DNA of 63,134 nt, the filler included, from Gemmatimonadota bacterium (GTDB lineage: Bacteria > 4572-55 > J002): the NCBI GenBank assembly GCA_003697105.1. It is 5 parts of 5 records of this genome, joined end to end, with 100 filler letters (N's around TTAATTAATTAA, not from the genome) between each part and the next. Parts side by side here need not be neighbours in the genome. Positions count along the whole stretch, not along the records: positions 43,516 to 59,498 come from RFFQ01000032.1; positions 59,599 to 63,134 come from RFFQ01000042.1; 3 more parts are not named here. The stretch is one strand, 5' to 3'. Under the pieces are notes generated by a model. The model did not search any database. It saw nothing but the letters and a program-made list of their open reading frames with translations, and had not been told where the DNA came from. The translations under genes and the position numbers were made by a program. This document shows positions 49,401-59,901 of this stretch, in pieces. How positions within the stretch are numbered: position 1 is the stretch's first letter; the number at the start of each line of letters is the position of its first letter.

Positions 49401-50339
49401 TTCAAAATTCTCGTTTTCATCGGCGTAGAGCAGGACATACTCCGGTGGATATTCCCACTCGTTGTAAGCGTCTTGGATAAAATCACGATATTCGGGCATA
49501 ATCTCGCCGATATCTTCCACGTAGTGAACTTCCACCCGGTAACCCTGACGCCGCCGCCAATCGATTAAATCCTGAGTGTACTGCCGGTATGCTTGGGGCA
49601 TAATGATCAGGTAACTGCCGTCTTCCACACTGTACGCATCTCGCAGGTGATCAAAATTGGCGATGGTGGCTTCGTAGAGATGTTCAAAGGCACGGGAGAT
49701 GGTTTGGCGGGTACGAATTTTGGGATTGATGGACATCCCCGCAGGATACGTTAACTCAATTTCCACATTGTGGTAGATGCGCAATTCTTGGGTAGAGGGG
49801 TTGTATTGCACCGGACTGATGGTGAGCGGCACGACCCGGAAATCGCGCAGAATCACCGGTTGGGCGATATTTGCTACTTCCGCCGGATATGCTACGCCGG
49901 AACGGTAAAATGGGCGATTCCAGACAAATTCCGGTTCACCCCCTTCGACCGCGTCACCTTCCGGTTGGGCGGGATAGACATTTATATTGGGCAATACCGT
50001 ATAGTCCCCCGGCGTGACCCGCAGTTCGACATCACCTTGGTCTGGTATGGCGATGAGAGTGGTCACCTGCGGTAGTTCCGGGTCACCTATCTCCGTTGTG
50101 AAGCCGGTTTCCGGCATACTGATTTTATGGAATGTACCTTCCCGGCGGGTGATTGTCTCGACAGAAATACCGGGGACGGCAAGTTCCACCCGAGTGTGGG
50201 ATGGATCCGAGAACGGTACATCCAGCAAGGGTGCCTCCTCATAACTACGTAAATTCCCGACAGAAATCCATTCTGCCGAGACGGGGCTAAGGGCGAATAA
50301 CCCGAGCAGCACCGCAAATATAAAACGATGGGTCATCAT
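46452..50339 (-). CDS. Gingipain-like C25 family protein (propeptide, C25 domain, Ig-like domains, T9SS-type/FlgD-Ig C-terminal domain)
   Basis: Signal peptide with AGGAGG RBS; propeptide [68 protein letters not shown]. Confidence 0.85.
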   Translation of the reverse strand: MMTHRFIFAVLLGLFALSPVSAEWISVGNLRSYEEAPLLDVPFSDPSHTRVELAVPGISVETITRREGTFHKISMPETGFTTEIGDPELPQVTTLIAIPDQGDVELRVTPGDYTVLPNINVYPAQPEGDAVEGGEPEFVWNRPFYRSGVAYPAEVANIAQPVILRDFRVVPLTISPVQYNPSTQELRIYHNVEIELTYPAGMSINPKIRTRQTISRAFEHLYEATIANFDHLRDAYSVEDGSYLIIMPQAYRQYTQDLIDWRRRQGYRVEVHYVEDIGEIMPEYRDFIQDAYNEWEYPPEYVLLYADENENFEGGIPTNFYNSNAQIASDHLYSLVDGDDYFADIFVGRISVRNALDAYKMAYKIVNYESNPFLVEDDGWFRRGLQVGGGFPQFVVSTIETCNWARQEMLEYGYTQVDTVYDWAANPGSIGKDIAITNAVENGVSIINYRGWANNERWNNPIYRNTDVLQLENYGKWPVVFSVVCATANYAFGNEPCFAEAWLRAGSINNPQGAVGFFGSTYINTHTKTNNPITGGIFEGLFHRGMRTMGEVTNWGKIVEYLSFPGQSSITCEADCGANRDCWEKCVSFNFHNFVLLSDPATSIWTTTPIDITVDHPAEVPLGQNAVEVQVTDNSGAVEGAWVALTRYDGDEMQIHATGMTGTSGYVTLHLPAGVSAGEVNVTVTKADHAPYLGTLNLVQAPYQASVTDMSPAVANPNQTLNYTLEVRNTGENNLSGLTAALSSSDPHVTINTDTANLGDLNTGQSTTAEFEIWVHPEAVHNQRILFDVTLTDAGNHTFEGQAWLDVESSLLMVETATFDGNGYLDPGESANLTLTIRNIGVVDAMNVQATITTNQNVVTIMDDNGSFGTIPAGGSADNSGNPFTLSAPAEIFAGTPVRLTLHFTDESGTEQQYDYIIQAGEMNATAPIVPEYGTYPYFAYDNTDQVPAEYAHNVPTYDWIEIDPAYGGDGTALNLNDEFTIGYIELPFEFQFYGHRYDRLNVSPNGWVAFTDSDADPPYDWWNHELTYQYNTYMASPLAPEAAIAVYWDDLHPDASFVGCPENIGHGDAFYYHDAENHRVIVEWSRIEVQQGCSASDLGDLVTFQVILYDPVHYQTETGDGEIVCQYHTVEAADVPLDEVCSIGLIDHQRGNVEQWNNLQYLFYHHYHPAAAPLENERAIKFTTNGFLPTNAPMGQASVQVPNTYQLEQNVPNPFNPKTAIRYSVPVAGHSRLAVYDAGGRMVRVLNDGWTEAGHYTIQWDGTNTSGQTVKSGVYFYRLDAGDFSQTRRMVLLR

Positions 50340-50432
50340 ATAACCTCCTGAAAATGAAAAATTAAGGGGATTGAATCAAGTTGTGCTGGAAATCGCACGT
50401 TTGGGGTGGGGTTTGGGGAAGCGTTTTTGGGT

Positions 50433-50523
50433 TTTAGGATTGAGGGATTAGGATTTAGGGATTAGGGATCAGGAATTAGGGAATTTCTAAATCCTAACCC
50501 CTGATCCCTAATCCCTAAACCCT
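50433..50523. repeat. Heptamer (TAGGGAT-like) tandem repeats arranged as a 31-bp inverted repeat
   Basis: Arm 50450-50480 pairs with arm 50493-50523 (3 mismatches), 12-nt loop. Confidence 0.85.
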
Positions 50524-51244
50524 ACTTCAAAATGTCTTTTTGCAATTCGATCAATTGCTCAATGCCGGTTTTGGCAAAGGCGAGCATCTGGTGCAATTCG
50601 TCAAAGGTAAAGGGATTTTTTTCGGCGGTGCCCTGTAATTCGACCAGTCGCCCGCTTTCCGTCATGACGACGTTCATATCCACATCGGCGATGGAGTCTT
50701 CCGAGTAGTTGAGGTCCAGGACGGGCGTATGGTCAATCACGCCCACACTGATTGCTGCCAGATACTCTTGAATGGGGTCTTTTTTGAGAGAACTATCTTT
50801 TTTTTGTAGATGGCGGACGGCATCGACCATCGCCACAAAAGCTCCGGTAATAGCGGCGGTGCGGGTTCCGCCGTCGGCTTGAATCACATCGCAATCCACG
50901 GTAATGGTGTAATCTTTAATCAGCCGCAAATCGATTACGGAGCGCAGTGCCCGTCCAATCAAGCGTTGGATTTCAATGGCGCGGTTGTTGTAAAAGTTGC
51001 CTCGTTCTCGCCGGACACGCTTTTCCGTGGAGCGGGGTAACATCCCGTATTCGGCCGTCAGCCAGCCTTGATTTTGTCCGTATAAAAATTTGGGCACGCC
51101 GCGATCCACACTGGCGGTGCAAAGCACGTGAGTACGTCCAAACTCCACCAATACAGAGCCTTCTGCGTGCATGGTGTAATTGCGGGTGATGGCAATATCA
51201 CGTAATTCATCAAAATCACGGTTGTCAATGCGTCGAACCAACAT
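50522..51244 (-). CDS. rph: Ribonuclease PH
   Basis: [66 protein letters not shown]. Confidence 0.97.
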   Translation of the reverse strand: MLVRRIDNRDFDELRDIAITRNYTMHAEGSVLVEFGRTHVLCTASVDRGVPKFLYGQNQGWLTAEYGMLPRSTEKRVRRERGNFYNNRAIEIQRLIGRALRSVIDLRLIKDYTITVDCDVIQADGGTRTAAITGAFVAMVDAVRHLQKKDSSLKKDPIQEYLAAISVGVIDHTPVLDLNYSEDSIADVDMNVVMTESGRLVELQGTAEKNPFTFDELHQMLAFAKTGIEQLIELQKDILK

Positions 51245-51302
51245 AACTTCTAAGCTTTCTGGGTTAAATTCAAAAAAGGCACTACGAGCAATCGTGTGGG
51301 CT

Positions 51303-51384
51303 AAAATAGGACAGAAACGGGGGGTTGTCAACCGAAATCCATGACACATTTGAGGTTGTGAAACCCGCCGGAATGATCTATTAT
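51303..51384. promoter_or_regulatory. Divergent sigma70-like promoters between rph and the M1 peptidase gene
   Basis: Minus strand TTGACA(51331-51326)-N17-TATTTT; plus strand TTGTGA(51356)-N17-TATTAT. Confidence 0.5.
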
Positions 51385-51440
51385 GAAAATATCCACGTGA
51401 AACGGCTACCTTATACCTTAATAGCGAAGGAGTGCCTTTT

Positions 51441-54365
51441 ATGCTTACCCGTTTTTTATTTGTTGTGATGTTGGCCGGCTTAACCGTGCCCCAAATGACC
51501 GCTGCGCAATGTTCCCATGCCCGCTATCCCCAGAAAAACGTTACCATGACGCCGCGTACGGGGGATTACGACATCCTTCATTACCAACTAGCGCTGGAAG
51601 TCGATCCCGAAACGGAAAGCCTTACCGGGCAGATGACCCTCACCGCGATCAGCACGGTTGCCAACCTAAGCCAGATCGATCTGGATTTGCACCCCGCCAT
51701 GACCGTCGATCACGTGATTGACGCGGCAAACCAATCCCCACTGGAATTTACCCACCAAGATGACCAACTTTTGATTGTTTTACCCGCACCGTTGGGCGAA
51801 GGCGATTCGATTCAGATAGCGATCCACTACAGCGGCTCGCCAGAAGAGGGCTGGCACTGGGGGAACATCATTTATTCCCTCAATTTTCACGAATCGGCGC
51901 AGGGCTGGATGCCCTGCAACGACCGCCCCGATGACAAAGCGACGTTTCATCTGGAATGCACCGTCCCAGCAGGACTGACCACCGCCGCTAATGGCAAACT
52001 GATAGAGGTGATCGACAACGGTGACGGCACAGAGACCCATTTTTGGCAAGAAAATTACCCGATTGCCACCTATCTGATCGTCATTCACATCGGGGAGTAC
52101 GCCGTCTTGACAGACACGTATCCGACTGAAACCGACACGATGGACGTGTTTTACTATGTTCGCCCGTCGGAAGTGGGTCCGGCGGAGGAAAGTTTCAGCT
52201 CGTTTATCGATATGATGACGATCTACGCCAATCGATTTGGGGAATATCCCTTTTTAACCGAGAAAATGGCGGTCGCTACGGCGCCGATCATCTTCGCCGG
52301 CATGGAGCACCAAACCTGCTATACGCTCAATCCGGCGTTCTTGAGTGACCAGAGCGTGATCTGCCACGAACTATCGCATCAGTGGTGGGGGGATGCGGTC
52401 ACGCCGCTGGAATGGGCAGATATTTGGCTCAATGAGGGCTTTGCCACCTACAGCGAGGCTATCTATTTTGATGACGCCGATATTACCCCTCTACCGGACT
52501 ACATGAACACCCTCACCGCCGCCTTTAACGACGAGTATCCCATCTACAATCACCCGGATTTTTTCCCCACCTACGTTTACGACAAAGGGGCTTGGGTGCA
52601 ACACATGTTGCGCGGCGTGATGGGAGACGAGGCGTTTTTTGCCGCCCAACAGGATTATTTTCAGACCTATCGGGATGGTAACGCTAGCACCGAACGGTAT
52701 CGTGAGATTTGTGAAGCGCATTATGAGGATGACCTGTCGTGGTTTTTCGATCAGTGGGTTTATGGGGCGGGTCACCCAGAGTATAAAATCGAGTGGACCC
52801 AAATACCCACGGCGTATTATGAATTTCGTACCGAAGTACGCGTCCATCAAACCCAACCCGATTCAACTGTTTTTCAGATGCCGCTTCCGTTTCGGATGAT
52901 CGCTCGACCGTATCCAGAGGAAGATTTTTATGATATAACTCGTTTCAATGACCAACGTGACCAAGTATTTTTGCTGGATACGGACTGCTGTGAAGATTCG
53001 CTCATTTTTGATCCCGAAAATTGGCTATTAAAGCGAAATGTGGAGATCGAATACAAGCCTAAATTTACTATTGAGCATATCATTATTGATGATAGTGAGG
53101 GGGGTGATGGCGATGGCGCACCTGAAGCTGGTGAGACATTCATCCTGCATATTCAGCTCAAAAATAATTTTCGAGACGATGATCGGGTAATAGGGCGTAT
53201 TGAGTCGGAAGATGATGCTTTTGAGTTTGAATCTGGATACTATGCCCAATTAGATTGGGGTGAAATTCTGACCGATAGTTTGGCGTGGGTGAATACTACG
53301 ATATCAATCATGGCGGATACCGAACCCCATTTGGGTATTATTGATCTTGACATTGGAGACCGGCGATCTACTCTGGATATTTCGCTATTTTTAGGAGCGG
53401 CAGATATTCTCCTCGTGGATGATGACGGCGGGGCGGATTTTGAACGTTATTTTCTGTCGGAACTGGACAGCCTCCATCAATTTGTGGAACATTGGGACAC
53501 TCACTTGCGCGGCGCACCGAATGCCAATCGATTGGCGGATTACGAGACGGTGATCTGGTTTACGGGGAATCAAAACACAGAGACGCTGACGGCAGCCGAT
53601 CAAGCGGCGCTGATCGACTTTTTGGAAGGCGGCGGTAAACTCTTTCTAACCGGTGAAGACATCGATGAGGATTTGATGGTCAACGGCAACGGGGAAACGT
53701 TTTTTACGGATTACCTCCGCGCGGAACTCATCACGGATGATCGGCAGATTCCGCCCTATATGCCCGGTGTGGCGGGTGATCCCATCGGTAACGGTTTAAC
53801 TTTGCGCATCCGGGGTGATGGCGGGGCAGATAATCAGGACTCACCGGGGGAAATTGCTCCGTTAGATGAGAACACTTTCGGTTCATTTGCCTACCCCGCC
53901 GGAGATTTTAGCGCGTTGCATTACGCGGATGGCGCTCGTCGGGTGGTCTATTTTGCTTTCGGTTTGGAGGCGATCACGCAGACCAATCAGAATTTTGCCA
54001 GCCGCAAAATGGTGTTGCAACGGGTGCTGGAATACCTCTCCGGCACGAGCACAGTCTTACCGGAACAGACCACGATCACCGTTCCACAGCGGGTGCAGTT
54101 ATACCAGAATGTGCCCAATCCCTTCAACCCGCAGACGGTAATCCGGTTTGATCTGGCTCAACCCGCGCCTGTGAAATTGATCATTTACGATGTGCGAGGT
54201 CAGGTGGTGCGCACCTTGGTGGATCGGCCGTTTGAGGCGGGTTCCTATTCCGTGCTGTGGGATGCCACGACTAATAGCGGTGTGGAGGTCTCCAGTGGAA
54301 TCTATCTTTATCGCTTGGAAACGCCGACAGCGACTCTCATCCACCGGATGACCTTGTTACGCTGA
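51441..54365 (+). CDS. Secreted M1 family aminopeptidase with accessory domains and a T9SS-type/FlgD-Ig C-terminal domain
   Basis: Signal peptide; [44 protein letters not shown] domain; [16 protein letters not shown]. Confidence 0.9.
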   Translation: MLTRFLFVVMLAGLTVPQMTAAQCSHARYPQKNVTMTPRTGDYDILHYQLALEVDPETESLTGQMTLTAISTVANLSQIDLDLHPAMTVDHVIDAANQSPLEFTHQDDQLLIVLPAPLGEGDSIQIAIHYSGSPEEGWHWGNIIYSLNFHESAQGWMPCNDRPDDKATFHLECTVPAGLTTAANGKLIEVIDNGDGTETHFWQENYPIATYLIVIHIGEYAVLTDTYPTETDTMDVFYYVRPSEVGPAEESFSSFIDMMTIYANRFGEYPFLTEKMAVATAPIIFAGMEHQTCYTLNPAFLSDQSVICHELSHQWWGDAVTPLEWADIWLNEGFATYSEAIYFDDADITPLPDYMNTLTAAFNDEYPIYNHPDFFPTYVYDKGAWVQHMLRGVMGDEAFFAAQQDYFQTYRDGNASTERYREICEAHYEDDLSWFFDQWVYGAGHPEYKIEWTQIPTAYYEFRTEVRVHQTQPDSTVFQMPLPFRMIARPYPEEDFYDITRFNDQRDQVFLLDTDCCEDSLIFDPENWLLKRNVEIEYKPKFTIEHIIIDDSEGGDGDGAPEAGETFILHIQLKNNFRDDDRVIGRIESEDDAFEFESGYYAQLDWGEILTDSLAWVNTTISIMADTEPHLGIIDLDIGDRRSTLDISLFLGAADILLVDDDGGADFERYFLSELDSLHQFVEHWDTHLRGAPNANRLADYETVIWFTGNQNTETLTAADQAALIDFLEGGGKLFLTGEDIDEDLMVNGNGETFFTDYLRAELITDDRQIPPYMPGVAGDPIGNGLTLRIRGDGGADNQDSPGEIAPLDENTFGSFAYPAGDFSALHYADGARRVVYFAFGLEAITQTNQNFASRKMVLQRVLEYLSGTSTVLPEQTTITVPQRVQLYQNVPNPFNPQTVIRFDLAQPAPVKLIIYDVRGQVVRTLVDRPFEAGSYSVLWDATTNSGVEVSSGIYLYRLETPTATLIHRMTLLR

Positions 54366-54412
54366 TGGTGAGTTTTGACCGGATGTTCGGAGGGAGGGTG
54401 TTTACGAATACC

Positions 54413-54448
54413 AAAAACCGCCGCTCGTGTTGAAAGCAGCGGTTTTTT
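54413..54448. terminator. Bidirectional intrinsic terminator
   Basis: AAAAACCGCCGCT...AGCAGCGGTTTTTT between convergent genes. Confidence 0.75.
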
Positions 54449-54471
54449 ATCTTCATGATAGGGCAAGCGGA

Positions 54472-55671
54472 TTACCGGTTGGCATTATATTGTTCCAAGC
54501 CGATTTTCAGGATGGACATGGCGTTGGCTAAGTCTTTGGTATTTAGGACATACGCGATCCGCACCTCGTCTTGTCCGACGCCCGGTGTGGCATAGAATCC
54601 GGCGGCGGGAGCGATCATCACGGTTTCGTTGTTCACATGGACGTGTTCGAGCAGATAGATGGCGAAATCTTCGGCATTTTCCACCGGCAGTTTGGCAATC
54701 ACATAAAACGCGCCGCGGGGTTTCTCGCAAATCACGCCGGGGATGTCTCGGAGCGCTTCATAAACTAGATTTCGTCGTGTTTGATATTCCTGTAACACCT
54801 CTTCAAAATAGCTATTGGGCGTGTCCAAAGCGGCTTTGGCGGCAATTTGTTCAATTGTGGGCGGGCAGAGGCGGGCTTGTCCCATTTTTAGGATATTCTG
54901 GATCAACTGTTGGTTTTTGCTGATGATACAGCCTATTCGTGCGCCGCAGGCACTGTAGCGTTTGGAGACGCTATCAACCATAATCGCCCGGTCGCCAATT
55001 TCCGGGTATTCCAAAACGGAGGTATGTTTGTACCCGTCATAGACGAACTCCCGGTAAACCTCATCCGCCACCAAAAACAGATTGTACTGCTTTGCTAAAT
55101 CCACCAGCATTTCCACTTCCTTTCGGGTGTAGACCGCTCCGGTCGGGTTACCCGGATTGCAAACCATAATCGCGCGGGTTCGGTTGGTGATCTTGCTTTC
55201 GATCACCTCACGGGGTGGCAAGGCGAATGCTTCCTCTGCCTTCGTGGTGAGGGGCACAATGCGGATCGACCCCATATCGGCAAACCCGTTGTAGTTGGTG
55301 TAAAATGGCTCTGGGATGATGATTTCATCCCCGGGGTCGGCAATTGCCATCATGGTAAAGATGATCGCCTCACTGCCGGCGGTTGTCACCAAAATATCTT
55401 CCGGTTGGATATGGATGTTATGCCGGGCATAATAGTCCGGTAACGCTTCGCGATACTCCGCTAACCCTTCGGAGGGTCCGTAAGCGATCACGCTCATATC
55501 CAAGTTTTTTAAGGCGTTTAGCATCCCCTCCGGCGTTTTAATATCAGGTTGTCCAATATTAAGATGATAGACGTGCCTCCCTTGTGCTTTGGCGGCGTTC
55601 GCATAAGGCATCAATTTGCGGATGGGTGAGGCGGGCATGTTGAGAACTCGTTCAGAAAGACGCATTTGCAT
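54472..55671 (-). CDS. PLP-dependent aminotransferase class I/II (aspartate aminotransferase-like)
   Basis: ASPIRKL, LNIGQPD, NPGNPTG, DEVYREF, DSVSKRYSACGARIG; AGGAGG RBS. Confidence 0.92.
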   Translation of the reverse strand: MQMRLSERVLNMPASPIRKLMPYANAAKAQGRHVYHLNIGQPDIKTPEGMLNALKNLDMSVIAYGPSEGLAEYREALPDYYARHNIHIQPEDILVTTAGSEAIIFTMMAIADPGDEIIIPEPFYTNYNGFADMGSIRIVPLTTKAEEAFALPPREVIESKITNRTRAIMVCNPGNPTGAVYTRKEVEMLVDLAKQYNLFLVADEVYREFVYDGYKHTSVLEYPEIGDRAIMVDSVSKRYSACGARIGCIISKNQQLIQNILKMGQARLCPPTIEQIAAKAALDTPNSYFEEVLQEYQTRRNLVYEALRDIPGVICEKPRGAFYVIAKLPVENAEDFAIYLLEHVHVNNETVMIAPAAGFYATPGVGQDEVRIAYVLNTKDLANAMSILKIGLEQYNANR

Positions 55672-55821
55672 CGGTAAAACCTCCTGGCAAAAGGGTTATT
55701 ATGATAGCGGCTGGTAGATGATGATATATCATTCGGTATACAAAATCAAATAAAAAACGCGTGTCACAGGTGCCAACACCGCACATTCCTTTCCGGCGGG
55801 CGGCATAAATGATCAAAATAC

Positions 55822-55850
55822 TTTGAATACCACTCAGAATGTGCTATACT
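55822..55850 (+). promoter_or_regulatory. Putative extended -10 promoter of the large FG-GAP gene
   Basis: TG-C-TATACT at 55842-55850 with TTTGAA/TTGAAT 16-17 nt upstream of the -10. Confidence 0.55.
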
Positions 55851-55902
55851 TATATGGCGTATCTTGACACATTTACGTTTGTTGCAAAATGAGGAGAATC
55901 AA

Positions 55903-58900
55903 ATGGCTCAATTATCTATTGTTTCCAATCGGAGTGTTTGGGGGTGGGGTTTTCTGGTTCTGATCGTCCTAATGGGGAGTTGTCCGGTATGGGCAGTGAC
56001 GTTTTCGGGAACCCCACTTGACCCTGCACCAGCAACCGGAAAAAATAGCCGGACTGTTTTAGTGGGTGATTTGGATAATGACGGTGACCCCGACATCGTG
56101 ACCATTAACGGTTATCGCGGGGTCGATGTGGGATCACCGTATCCGCTGGAAGCTCCCCAGATATTTATCAATGACCCGGTGGGTACCTTCACCGATAATA
56201 CCACCGGTTTCCCCAGTAATATCAATGGTTTGGATGGGACGTTGGTGGATGTGAATAATGACGGTTATTTGGATTTAGTCGTGACCACCGATGCCCGCAA
56301 TTCATCCGCCGATAAAAAAAGCTATGTGTTTGTGAATAGCGGGAATGGTATTAATTATACCGCAATGGAACTACCCTCCTCTGATGGTAAACACTCGTGG
56401 GGAGTTGCCGCCGGTGATTGGGACCGAGATGGGGATGTTGATATTTTTGTCGCCAACGGTGGTTCTTTGACATCGAGTACAACGGAAACCTGCCAGTTTT
56501 TCGCCAATAATTTTGCCGGTTCAGGCTCGCTTTCTTTTGCCCCACCGGTTACATTCCCCAGCACCAGTAGCCATTATACCGATATTCTCGTTGCCGATTT
56601 GAACCGGGATGGTTGGTTGGATGTGGTGCTCTCGCGTACCAATTCGGCGTGGGATGAATCCACCGTTCATATTTTCCTCAATGGCTATGACGAAACCGGT
56701 TTTACCGGAAATTACGGCGACCCACCGACGACGCCGGTCTATTCCTTTATCCCAGATGACGGGCACGGCAATACCTACCGTTTTGTGCTGGATATTGCCG
56801 TCGCGGATGTCAACGCAGATGGGTATCCGGATTTACTGTTTGCCATCGACCGGTATGTACCCTCAAGCGGTACCACACGGTTTCCGGTGTGGCTCAACCA
56901 AACAACAGACGCCGTTGAACCGGGGAAATTTGTGCAGGATGCCACTTTTTCCACCTTGGATGCTACGGGAGCGACCCAGCTTATTTATAGTACACGGTCG
57001 CTCACGGTAGGCGACTTTGATAATGATGGCGATACCGATCTGGTCGCCGGTGGTGGACTCTCCGGGGCGAATCCGCCGGCAAATCAGAATGCCGACCGGC
57101 TCTACCTCAATTCCGGCAGCCAATTTAGCTTTGATACGATTGTCGGCAGTACCCTCGATCAGCACAGTTATAACCATACACATGGCATCACCACTGCCGA
57201 TTTGAACCAAGACGGTGATCTCGATCTGGTCACTGGAAATCCGTTTGTCAATACCCCCTCTGAGTATCGCCGCAATTACATGTTTGATCAAACGAATCCG
57301 CCGGTGACAAACACCGCACCCCAGCCCCCCACCGTTTTTGAGTCCGTGGGGGATACCCTCTTTTGGGGGGGCGCAACGGATACCGAAACCGATAGTGTAC
57401 TGCTGACCTATAATCTGGAAATTCGCCGCGTGGATTCGCCGGGCGATTCGGTCATTTATGTCTCTGGGGTGAATCCGGTGGGCGCCGGAAATCAGGGACA
57501 AATCAACTTTTATTATGCGCCGTATCTCCGGAGTGGGGATACCTATTATTGGCGCGTGCAGACGGTCGATACCGGCTTCAAAACGTCGGTGTGGAGCGGT
57601 TGGCAAATTCACTCCATCAACTGCCCGGATTTAAGCATTCCTGATCCGCTCAACATCGTCGAAGATGACCGCCTGATCCTAGACCTTTACCAATATGTAA
57701 CCGACCCGGATTCAATTAGCAGTTGGTCTGCCGACATTGTCAGTGGCGACCCCGCCTTGATCGATATTTTTATCAATTCCAGCGGGATTGCGATCCTGAC
57801 ACCGAACGCAAATGTGGGCGGCGAAACATGGAATGTCCGGTTTAATGGCAATCATGTGAATCCCTCGGTGGGTACTTGCTCGCAATTGGTGACGGTCAAT
57901 GTCAGTGAAGTCAATGACCCGCCAGAGTTTACCACCCCGTTACCGGATGTCAATTTCCGCACGGGGGAAACTGCCTCGTTTGATCTGGATGCCTACATCT
58001 TCGATGTGGAAACGGACACCAGCAACATCAACTGGACGGTGAACCAACTGTGCAGTGATCCGGATTTTCAAGTTGATTTCAATAGCAGTACGCATGTGGT
58101 CACGTTTTCAACCCTCAATAATTGGTCTGGTAGCTGTCAAGTGCAGTTTACTGCCGCTGATGATAGCAGTGCGCAGGTGACCCAGACCATCGATGTCACC
58201 GCCTACCGCCTCACCCTGCCAGCCGTGGTGGATATTCCAGAAGATAGTAATACGACGCTTGACCTAGCGGCGGCGCTCTCTCCCAGTGGTGCCGCCTATG
58301 ATTGGACATATCAGGTGTTGAGCGGCAATACCAGCTTGATTACAATCACCATCAACGGCTCGGATGTAGCAACCTTGACCCCCGGTCCGGAGGTTGGCGG
58401 TATTTCGTGGCAAGTGGAATTTACCGCCACGGGCACCAATGTGCCCACCTTTACCCACACCCTCACCGTCAATGCCTTGGAAGTCAATGATTGCCCCGAA
58501 TTTACCCAAACCATTGCGGATGTCAATTTTTATCGGGGTGATACCTACGAAATCGACTTGGATTCACTTGTCACGGATGTGGATCATGCTAAAAATGAGA
58601 TCAATTGGACGGCTTATACCCCATGCGACTCGTTGCAGATTGACATCGACAACCTGACCCATATCGCAACATTTTCGGTTTTGGGGGGATGGTCTGGTGT
58701 GTGTGATACGGTGCGATTCATAGCTACCGATGATAGCAATTGTGCCGTTAATAGCAACATTTTTACGGTGACGGTGACCGACACCGTCAACTATCCGCCG
58801 GTGATAACGCCCATTTCTGATGTTGACCTTTTGGAAGATGAGGATGATTGCGTCTCGCTTCACGCCTCCGACCCAAATGATGACCCCTTAACGTGGTCAT

Positions 58901-59498
58901 ATCAAGTGCTTAGCGGGGAGGCGGACTCCGTGAATATCAGCATCGTGACCGACCCCACACCGGTTATTTGCTTTGACCCCCACCCCAATTGGTTTGGAAC
59001 GTTGGAACTGGAAGTGACCGTTTGTGACTCCTTCCTCTGCGATTCAGACCCATTCACCCTGACCGTGTTGCCCTTAAATGACCCGCCGGTGGTGCAGGGC
59101 ATCCCAGATATTACTATCCCAGAAGATTCCACCAGCCAAACCCTGAACTTGGATGATTATGTGCTGGATGTGGATTCTCCGCTGCCAAACATTGCGTGGA
59201 CGTATGAAGTCGTGCCGCCTAGCGATGGTAGCCAGATTGCGGTGTCGATAGACCCCGTAACGCATGTTGTTACGTTTGCGCCAGACCCCGATTGGTGTGA
59301 TACCGATCCGATTTCCTACCGTTTTACCGCTACCGATGACTCGCTCGATTCGGGTTCGGACGTGATAAATTTTACGGTGACCTGTGTCAATGATGCACCG
59401 GTCATTGACCCGCCGGTGCCTGACGCTATTTTTAACGAAGACACCGATTTTGAGTATGTGGATTTGGATAATTATGTCCATGATGTGGACCACGTGAA
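55903..59498 (+). CDS. Large secreted/surface protein: FG-GAP (VCBS) repeats, Fn3-like domain, cadherin-like tandem repeats; 3' truncated
   Basis: GAGGAG RBS, signal peptide; seven D.[ND].DG..D motifs; YYWRVQTVD; repeated [VL]NDxP...ED...LD...D.D units; frame open into the gap. Confidence 0.85.
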
Positions 59499-59598
59499 NN
59501 NNNNNNNNNNNNNNNNNNNNNNNNNNNNNNNNNNNNNNNNNNTTAATTAATTAANNNNNNNNNNNNNNNNNNNNNNNNNNNNNNNNNNNNNNNNNNNN
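59499..59598. other. Artificial contig-join spacer
   Basis: 100-nt N-TTAATTAATTAA-N. Confidence 0.95.
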
Positions 59599-59697
59599 GA
59601 GTGGGATGCAAGTGATTTATCCAGCGGGGTTTACATCTACCAACTTGAGACTTTGAACTCTAAACTTAAAACTCAAAAAGCGGTGGTGCTGAAGTAG
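59599..59697 (+). CDS. 3' fragment of a T9SS-type C-terminal sorting domain protein
   Basis: EWDASDLSSGVYIYQLETLNSKLKTQKAVVLK* read from the gap edge. Confidence 0.75.
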   Translation, partial: EWDASDLSSGVYIYQLETLNSKLKTQKAVVLK

Positions 59698-59795
59698 AAA
59701 TATCGATGTTGATCACGTTGGCGTTATAACAAATGGCTCTGTGATGTGTGGTTATCACAGAGCCATTTTTACCGGTAGCGGTAATGAATCCATTA

Positions 59796-59825
59796 TTGAC
59801 AAACCCGGCGGGCATAACATATCAT
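59796..59825 (+). promoter_or_regulatory. Putative sigma70 promoter of udk
   Basis: TTGACA-N18-TATCAT. Confidence 0.45.
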
Positions 59826-59901
59826 CCGGTTGATTTCTAAGTAGCGGACACCTTTTTTGTGGAAGCATTTCATCTTTCCGAATCGCTTGAGGAGACACTA
59901 T

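Noticed and set aside
50403-50523. Eukaryotic telomere contamination
   Set aside because: The units are degenerate heptamers in inverted arrangement, embedded between two bacterial genes and overlapping the rph stop.
59499-59697. Sorting-tail fragment as the C-terminus of the FG-GAP giant protein
   Set aside because: Plausible but unsupported, because the pieces lie on different contigs.
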